IMG/VR virus record: IMGVR_UViG_3300029736_000350
Source: a virus
Taxonomy: Duplodnaviria; Heunggongvirae; Uroviricota; Caudoviricetes
DNA length: 10,211 bases
Reading direction: 5' to 3' (one strand)
The notes under the pieces were generated by a model. That model worked only from the letters and a program-made list of their open reading frames with translations. It was not told the origin of the DNA and did no database searches. Within the stretch, counting starts at the first letter, position 1; every line of letters begins with the position of its first letter. This document shows, in pieces, positions 1 through 4,894 of this stretch. The translations under genes were made by a program, and so were the position numbers.

Positions 1-150
1 TCATATAGCCATTTCCGGACATACTGGTCTGAATGTTACCCATTCCACTAATTTGTCCATTAAAAAGTCATCTCTTTTGTGACCACCATCAAAACGAACA
101 GCAGAACCGCCCAAACAACCGCTGATCCCAATCACAGGTTTTTTTATCAT
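1..150 (-). CDS. 49-codon ORF resembling the N-terminus of DUF523 (YbgA/TudS-like) proteins; probable truncated remnant
   Basis: Not in the ORF track (too short). ATG at 150..148 preceded by GGGGAGG; translation MIKKPVIGISGCLGGSAVRFDGGHKRDDFLMDKLVEWVTFRPVCPEMAI, stop TGA at 3..1. The GCLGG...RFDGGHKR and PVCPE motifs match my recollection of DUF523 N-termini, but those proteins are roughly three times longer, so this looks truncated. Family assignment is from memory. Confidence 0.35.
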   Translation of the reverse strand: MIKKPVIGISGCLGGSAVRFDGGHKRDDFLMDKLVEWVTFRPVCPEMAI

Positions 151-342
151 TTCCTCCCCCTTGACTAATTCATTAACACATAAACTTTGTAGTGCACGGA
201 CTAAATTGCCTTTCTGGCTTCATCACTGACAATTTTTCTGTTATTGACTATTCCTAATATAGTAGGAAAGTTCTTTAAGTGATCGGTCGTACTCATCTAT
301 CTTTCATACTTACTCTCAACTATCAAAAGTACAGGATTTATT

Positions 343-867
343 ATGAAGTTATGGCCTGTGTTGGCTGGCATTGCACTCTCTTTCACTCTTATAGCATGTA
401 AGGCTCCGACACCACCTAAAGGTGTGCAGCCGATTACAAATTTTGACGCCAACCGCTACCTCGGAAAATGGTATGAAATAGCTCGCCTCGAGAACTGGTT
501 CGAACGTGGTCTGGAACAGGTCAGCGCTACTTATGAAAAACGGAACGACGGAGGGATTCGCGTACTTAACCGTGGATACGATCCAACGAAAAACAAATGG
601 AGCGAGAGCGAAGGTAAAGCATACTTTACTGGAGATACTAAAACTGCAGCGTTGAAAGTTTCGTTTTTTGGCCCCTTCTATGGTGGCTATAATGTAATCA
701 AACTGGATGATGAGTATAAGTATGCTCTTGTCAGTGGTCCGAACAGAGAATACCTATGGATTCTGGCAAGGACCCAAACTATTCCAGATAATGTAAAAGC
801 AGACTATGTGCGTACCGCTCAAAAGTTGGGATTCAATGTCAATGAACTATTATGGGTTAAACAATAA
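343..867 (+). CDS. blc: Blc-family bacterial lipocalin, predicted outer-membrane lipoprotein
   Basis: 174-aa ORF; ATG at 343 with AGGA about 8 nt upstream. Signal peptide with lipobox LIAC (Cys19, Lys at +2). Lipocalin motifs GKWYEIAR and SFFGPFYGGYNVI. Clearly homologous to, but divergent from, the E. coli chromosomal Blc as I recall it; visibly more AT-rich than neighbouring genes. Confidence 0.88.
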   Translation: MKLWPVLAGIALSFTLIACKAPTPPKGVQPITNFDANRYLGKWYEIARLENWFERGLEQVSATYEKRNDGGIRVLNRGYDPTKNKWSESEGKAYFTGDTKTAALKVSFFGPFYGGYNVIKLDDEYKYALVSGPNREYLWILARTQTIPDNVKADYVRTAQKLGFNVNELLWVKQ

Positions 868-895
868 AATCCCCACCCGAAATGATACTTATTAG

Positions 896-922
896 AAAAA
901 AACCAGCCTTTGGGGAGGCTGG
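896..922 (-). terminator. Rho-independent terminator for minus-strand transcription, downstream of Q (tR'-like)
   Basis: Perfect 7-bp inverted repeat CCAGCCT (903..909) / AGGCTGG (916..922) with 6-nt loop. On the minus strand the hairpin is followed by a 7-U run (complement of A896..A902). On the plus strand no U-tract follows, so it is unidirectional. Confidence 0.65.
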
Positions 923-1022
923 CTAAATCAGGAAATAAGCTGTTATATGATAATAACTACGTTGCGATTCCAACATTTAAAATGTTAGACTAATGAAAAT
1001 CAGACAGCAACTTTTCCTTTAA

Positions 1023-1400
1023 TTATTTCGAACAATCAGCATCCATCTCCAATCGGAGATCCAACACCATCAGCATGCCCTCCACTACGCCCTCAGCTTT
1101 CTGGAGCATCCTGCCAACCCAACAATCAGATCGCCCATGCTTACGTGCAAGCGCCATAAAAGTCATGCCGCCGACATAATAGTCCACCAATAAATCATGT
1201 AAATCGCTGTTGTTTTTTTTCAGGCGAGCCATACATTCACAAATGATCATCGCGTCATCGTCACAGCATTGCGGACGAGATCTTACTTTTGAAGGAATTA
1301 ATCCCTTAAAACCGGCGGCAATGGACGACCAGGTCACATCTTCATGATTATTAGCCGCCCATGCCCCCCAACGCTCAAGAACCATCTGAATATCACGCAT
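1023..1400 (-). CDS. Phage antitermination protein Q (QuuD / phage 82 type)
   Basis: Track ORF 1023..1415 begins with a TTG; the likely true start is ATG at 1400 ([22 protein letters not shown]...) with GGAG about 9 nt upstream. Sequence matches the DLP12 QuuD-type Q antiterminator as I recall it, including the [11 protein letters not shown] cysteine-rich motif. Confidence 0.85.
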   Translation of the reverse strand: MRDIQMVLERWGAWAANNHEDVTWSSIAAGFKGLIPSKVRSRPQCCDDDAMIICECMARLKKNNSDLHDLLVDYYVGGMTFMALARKHGRSDCWVGRMLQKAEGVVEGMLMVLDLRLEMDADCSK

Positions 1401-1417
1401 CAACTTACTCCACAAAA

Positions 1418-2348
1418 TTAGGCCAGCACACCAATTGCCAGCGCGCGATCGATAAATCGAAAAATCAGCTCCAGTTGGGAGCCATACTTCTCTTCAAATG
1501 CCACGGTATCCGTATGCAACTCGTCGTGATGCTTTCTGCACAAAGGCAAAACAAAGAGATCATGTGCTTTGGTTCCCATTCCGCCCTGCCCGTGACCAAT
1601 CAGATGATGCGGATCGTCGGCTGGCATACCGCAGCAAGCACACGGCTGTGTCTTAACCCAGCGTGTGTATTTCTCCTTAACCCACCGGTGACGTTTAGGC
1701 AGCTTCATGAAAGATTCCGGAGACTCTGGATCAACGGTGATGCTTACCACCGTCTTTTCCTGTGATGGGTTTTGTTGCTGGTGGGCGTGAGGCAACGGTG
1801 CAAGATTTTTTGTGCGCTGTTTCAATATGCTGGTGGCGGTCTGCTCTCCCGGTACGATGTCGCTTTCGCGGTACACCGAGCAGATTTTTTCCGCTGGTAA
1901 TCCCAGCGAGCGACGTAATACCGCTTCCGGTAGCGCGTCCGCCAGCTGATTGCGGACCGCCCACCAGGATACCCGGGTATTGTGGAATACCGGCATGGAT
2001 TCACGGCCCGGCTTAACGACCACCAGCCCAAGTTCCGGTACCAGAACAGGTCGAAGTAATACCCGCACGTTACCTCCAGATGCGTTGCTGGAATGTACGG
2101 GACGGACGCGGTGGGCGTTCGGAGTAAGGCAATCTGACTGAGATTATCCAGTGACGGTAGTCGAGACTAAGGGCTTTCTTAACCTCGTATCCGCGCCTGC
2201 GGTAACACTGAATTATCCATTCAGCCTGCTCTTCAGTGCATGGAGGGTGTTGGAACCATTCAGACTTGAATGCGTGAGAATACCGCTCGTGCGTGCAGAC
2301 AAGAACGGGCGAATTATCAGAATTGTAATATTTTACGTTGCGTGCCAT
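1418..2348 (-). pseudogene. DUF968 / YdfU-like HNH-type putative nuclease, split by a frameshift
   Basis: Two adjacent minus-strand ORFs, 2070..2348 (ATG at 2348, GGAG 9 nt upstream) and 1418..2068 (starts at GTG). Both frames are open across 2070..2143, so a single indel there would rejoin them to about 310 aa. C-terminal part carries a Cys/His motif (PCACCG...HHLIGHG...CRKHHDELH). Sits directly upstream of Q, as ydfU does in K-12 Qin. DUF number is from memory. Confidence 0.6.
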
Positions 2349-2414
2349 CGGTTTTCTCCGGTGGCACGGTGTTACTCAGCGGGAGTTCAGCCCCGCGCAA
2401 GATTGTAGATGAGT

Positions 2415-2567
2415 TTATTCTTCTGCAAAAGCTGAAAAGCCTGCTTTTATTCCGATCTCTTTCAGTGCCTGTATCCCCCAAGCAGCAACACTTGCCAGTC
2501 TCACTCCTGCGGCATTGGCAAGCTTTGTTTTGCTGCCAAAAAAAGTAATTGCGTCAACTTTAAGCAT
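2415..2567 (-). CDS. Cro/DicC-like small regulator, divergent from the repressor gene
   Basis: Not in the ORF track (50 aa). ATG at 2567 with GAGGGGG 5-6 nt upstream; translation MLKVDAITFFGSKTKLANAAGVRLASVAAWGIQALKEIGIKAGFSAFAEE, stop at 2415..2417. Position (divergent from the dicA-like gene, first gene of the operon leading to Q) and the GSKTKLA...AG..LASV pattern fit a Cro/DicC-type protein. Confidence 0.55.
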   Translation of the reverse strand: MLKVDAITFFGSKTKLANAAGVRLASVAAWGIQALKEIGIKAGFSAFAEE

Positions 2568-2580
2568 CAAAGCCCCCTCT

Positions 2581-2598
2581 TGTTAGACTTTTCTAACA
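2581..2598. promoter_or_regulatory. Palindromic operator (OR-like), candidate DicA-like repressor binding site
   Basis: Perfect inverted repeat TGTTAGA-cttt-TCTAACA between the divergent Cro-like and dicA-like genes; the same arms recur at 3092..3109. Confidence 0.6.
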
Positions 2599-2625
2599 TT
2601 ATTGTGCGCGGGATACCTAAGTCAA
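2598..2625 (-). promoter_or_regulatory. Sigma70-type promoter for the Cro/DicC-like operon (pR analogue)
   Basis: On the minus strand: -35 TTGACT (2625..2620), 16-nt spacer, -10 AATAAT (2603..2598). The -10 abuts and the predicted start site falls inside the palindromic operator at 2581..2598. Confidence 0.5.
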
Positions 2626-2647
2626 GAAAAATTAGAATTACCTAACT

Positions 2648-3055
2648 ATGGATACAAGAACCCTAGGCCAGCGAGTTCTGGCGCGACGAAAAGAATTACG
2701 CTTAACACAACGAGAAGCTGCGCGCCTCGCTGGAGTTGCTCACGTCACAATTTCACAATGGGAAAGAGACGAAACCCAGCCAGTCGGAAAACGATTGTTT
2801 GCTTTAGCGGATGCTCTGAAGTGCTCACCTACATGGCTAATGTTTGGTGACGAAGACAAGGCACCAGTGCCTGCACAAGAACTTCATGTGGAAACAGAGC
2901 TAACTCCCAACCACAAAGAATTGATCGAATTATTCGATGCTCTTCCATCTTCCGAGCAGGAAGCCTTGCTGTCTGAAATGCGCGCAAGAGTAGAAAACTT
3001 CAACAAACTCTTCGAAGAAATGCTTAAAGCGCGTAAAAATAAATCAATAAAATAA
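2648..3055 (+). CDS. dicA: DicA-like HTH (XRE-family) prophage repressor
   Basis: 135-aa ORF; N-terminal HTH (LRLTQREAARLAGVAHVTISQWERDE) and C-terminal region (CSPTW..FGDEDK....LPSSEQ..LSEMRARVENFNKLFEEMLKAR) closely resemble E. coli DicA as recalled, while the HTH region appears more divergent. No strong SD before the ATG at 2648; an in-frame TAG at 2633 rules out an upstream start. Confidence 0.85.
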   Translation: MDTRTLGQRVLARRKELRLTQREAARLAGVAHVTISQWERDETQPVGKRLFALADALKCSPTWLMFGDEDKAPVPAQELHVETELTPNHKELIELFDALPSSEQEALLSEMRARVENFNKLFEEMLKARKNKSIK

Positions 3056-3087
3056 CATTCTTTTCAAGTGATTAGTTGCGCCCACCC

Positions 3088-3113
3088 TTTTTGTTAGATC
3101 AATCTAACAAAAA
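3088..3113. promoter_or_regulatory. Palindromic operator (OL-like) upstream of the ydfA-dicB operon
   Basis: Extended perfect inverted repeat TTTTTGTTAGA-tcaa-TCTAACAAAAA; core arms identical to the operator at 2581..2598. Lies between the dicA-like stop (3055) and the ydfA start (3224). Confidence 0.6.
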
Positions 3114-3127
3114 ACACTCGCCTCTCA

Positions 3128-3145
3128 TGTTAGGTTATTCTAAAT
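3128..3145. promoter_or_regulatory. Degenerate third operator-like site
   Basis: TGTTAG-gttat-TCTAAAT, an imperfect copy of the operator palindrome about 36 bp downstream of the perfect site; possible cooperative site. Confidence 0.3.
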
Positions 3146-3223
3146 TACTTTCCATCAAGACACCGCACGGTGTTCTCAGCAAACAGTTCCGCTACCCCGG
3201 CGTTAAGGGGAAATGAGGTCAGC

Positions 3224-3376
3224 ATGGATACTATCGATCTTGGCAACAGCGAATCTCTGGTATGTGGCGTGTTCCCCAACCAGGACGGTACGTTCACCGC
3301 GATGACATATACCAAAAGCAAAACGTTTAAAACCGAATCTGGCGCGCGTTGCTGGTTAGCCAGAAACACTGACTGA
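3224..3376 (+). CDS. ydfA: YdfA-like small protein (Qin prophage early-left operon)
   Basis: Track ORF 3170..3376 contains an internal ATG at 3224 with GAGG about 8 nt upstream; product MDTIDLGNSESLVCGVFPNQDGTFTAMTYTKSKTFKTESGARCWLARNTD (50 aa) matches the Qin YdfA as I recall it. Confidence 0.75.
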   Translation: MDTIDLGNSESLVCGVFPNQDGTFTAMTYTKSKTFKTESGARCWLARNTD

Positions 3377-3753
3377 TGAGGCTGACGATGGAATTTAAAG
3401 ATTTACCGTCTGATGTACAGAAAACAGCAGCTCATACATTGCATTCTGTGCTGCGAGAAATCGGGAAAGATATTGCAAGCGAGCCAGCAAAAGATCTGGC
3501 CCGGAAAATCAAGACCGCTTTCGTTGAGCTTTATAATGTTGGCACTGACTCTGAAACTGTCGAGACCAAGACCGTAAGTTCACCAATATTCTCACTTGAG
3601 CCAGGCGTATTATCAGGTGAAATATGCACCGAGATTTCCAGCGAACTGCTTCCGGTAATACGAGAAGCAATTTGCCGTCGCGGTTTGGATGGAAGTTACG
3701 ATCATGACGTCCTGCAAGTTCTCAGGACAATGGTGACTTCACTGGGGATTTGA
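3376..3753 (+). CDS. Hypothetical early-left protein in the ydfB/ydfC position
   Basis: 125-aa ORF whose ATG at 3376 overlaps the ydfA stop (TGATG); alternative start ATG at 3388 with GAGG 7 nt upstream. K-12 has two small genes (ydfB, ydfC) here; this may be a fused or unsplit version. No recognisable domain. Confidence 0.5.
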   Translation: MRLTMEFKDLPSDVQKTAAHTLHSVLREIGKDIASEPAKDLARKIKTAFVELYNVGTDSETVETKTVSSPIFSLEPGVLSGEICTEISSELLPVIREAICRRGLDGSYDHDVLQVLRTMVTSLGI

Positions 3754-3922
3754 TCCCTGCGTCCTCTAACCTTTTGATATAGCGGTCCTCCAAGAAGCGG
3801 TAAATTTTGTCGAAATCATCTTTCCCCTCTGGTTTATTCAGAGGATTACAGGACCCGTAAGTAGCGGCATACATTTCAACCGTTTTATCAAAAATATAAG
3901 AGACAAATTCTTCTTTAGTCAT
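3722..3922 (-). CDS. Candidate small protein, convergent with the preceding ORF (unknown function)
   Basis: ATG at 3922 with AAGGAA about 7 nt upstream; 66 aa (MTKEEFVSYIFDKTVEMYAATYGSCNPLNKPEGKDDFDKIYRFLEDRYIKRLEDAGIKSPVKSPLS). The longer track ORF 3722..4009 starts at a GTG. Overlaps the 3' end of 3376..3753 by about 30 nt. No family recognised. Confidence 0.25.
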   Translation of the reverse strand: MTKEEFVSYIFDKTVEMYAATYGSCNPLNKPEGKDDFDKIYRFLEDRYIKRLEDAGIKSPVKSPLS

Positions 3923-4197
3923 ATAGATTTCCTTCTTGGTTATTCGGGATAAGAAGGATACCACCTCGCCTGACGTGGTTAAAAGCAGGCACACAACACG
4001 AAAGCGCACGGCGAAGTTCGTCTCACTGTACGGTGTCGTTAAATTTAATTCGACCGTGCGCTTCCGGTTGTGGCAACCCGCGAAATGGCGCGGCGGTAAG
4101 TATGGCGGGGTTATTCCTTCCCCGTTGAGGACACCGAGTTGTCAGGTTGACCATACGCTTAAGTGACAACCCCGCTGCAACGCCCTCTGTTATCAAT

Positions 4198-4255
4198 TTT
4201 CTGGTGACGTTTGGCGGTATCAGTTTTACTCCGTGACTGCTCTGCCGCCGTTTTT
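4198..4255 (+). ncRNA. dicF: DicF small RNA
   Basis: TTTCTGGTGACGTTTGGCGGTATCAGTTTTACTCCGTGACTGCTCTGCCGCC matches the E. coli DicF sequence as I recall it, followed by a T5 run; located between the ydfB/C-like ORF and dicB as in K-12. Ends are approximate. Confidence 0.75.
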
Positions 4256-4424
4256 AAAGTGAATTTTGTGATGCGGTGAATGCGGCTAAGCGCACGCGGA
4301 ACAGTTAAAACCAAAAACAGTGTTATGGGTGGATTCTCTGTATCCGGCGTTAATTGTTAACTGGTTAACGTCACCTGGAGGCACCAGGCACTGCATCACA
4401 AAATTCATTGTTGAGGACGCGATA

Positions 4425-4613
4425 ATGAAAACGTTATTACCAAACGTTAATACGTCTGAAGGTTGTTTTGAAATTGGTGTCACTATCAGTAACCCTGTAT
4501 TTACTGAAGATGCCATTAACAAGAGAAAACAAGAACGGGAGCTATTAAATAAAATATGCATTGTTTCAATGCTGGCTCGTTTACGTCTGATGCCAAAAGG
4601 ATGTACACAATGA
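4425..4613 (+). CDS. dicB: DicB cell-division inhibitor
   Basis: Internal ATG at 4425 of track ORF 4320..4613, with GAGGA about 9 nt upstream; 62-aa product MKTLLPNVNTSEGCFEIGVTISNPVFTEDAINKRKQERELLNKICIVSMLARLRLMPKGCTQ is essentially the K-12 DicB sequence as I recall it. Confidence 0.9.
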   Translation: MKTLLPNVNTSEGCFEIGVTISNPVFTEDAINKRKQERELLNKICIVSMLARLRLMPKGCTQ

Positions 4614-4801
4614 ATTCAGCATTTGCGCTTGTTCTGACAGTTTTTCTTGTTTCCGGAGAGCCAGTTGATATTGCAGACAGTGTTCACAGGACAATGCAGG
4701 AGTGTATGACTGCAGCAACCGAACAGAAAATTCCCGGTAACTGTTACCCGGTCGATAAAGTTATTCACCAGGATAATATCGAAATCCCGGCAGGTCTTTA
4801 A
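4610..4801 (+). CDS. ydfD: YdfD-like small membrane protein (prophage lysis protein)
   Basis: ATG at 4610 overlaps the dicB stop (ATGA); 63-aa product MNSAFALVLTVFLVSGEPVDIADSVHRTMQECMTAATEQKIPGNCYPVDKVIHQDNIEIPAGL with an N-terminal hydrophobic segment, matching Qin YdfD as recalled. Confidence 0.85.
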   Translation: MNSAFALVLTVFLVSGEPVDIADSVHRTMQECMTAATEQKIPGNCYPVDKVIHQDNIEIPAGL

Positions 4802-4894
4802 AACAGTTCCGTAATAAATATCCGGTTTCATTCTTATATGCCAGCAATGGCAGGGATTTGTTCATCCTTAAATCTGTCATGAGGTTAAAACAAA

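Noticed and set aside
151-342. Possible blc promoter (TTGACT at 161..166 and 244..249; TAATAT/TATAGT near 255..263)
   Set aside because: No -35/-10 pair with acceptable 16-18 nt spacing could be found; a sigma-S-type promoter is plausible but cannot be assigned from sequence alone.
923-1022. Late promoter (pR'-like) between the Q stop and the terminator
   Set aside because: Candidate hexamers on the minus strand (TTGCTG...TAACAT; TTGGAA...TCATAT) are all weak or mis-spaced; a late promoter is expected here by analogy, but I cannot place it confidently.
1731-2141. Four overlapping track ORFs (1731..1964 -, 1762..2016 +, 1822..2031 -, 1950..2141 +)
   Set aside because: All lie inside the GC-rich ydfU-like gene in alternative frames, lack credible starts or SD sequences, and have Arg/Pro/Gly-rich translations typical of off-frame reads of GC-rich DNA.
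2151-2850. Track ORFs 2151..2408 +, 2270..2548 + and 2602..2850 +
   Set aside because: They overlap the better-supported minus-strand ydfU-like and Cro-like genes or the dicA-like gene in another frame; no RBS and no recognisable protein features.
3145-3369. Minus-strand ORF 3145..3369 (74 aa)
   Set aside because: Antisense to the well-supported ydfA gene and its promoter/operator region; no RBS.
4286-4831. Minus-strand ORFs 4286..4561 and 4616..4831, and the N-terminal extensions of track ORFs 4320..4613 and 4556..4801
   Set aside because: Antisense to dicB and ydfD. The plus-strand extensions lack RBS support, whereas the internal ATGs at 4425 and 4610 have SD sequences or start-stop coupling and give the expected DicB and YdfD proteins.
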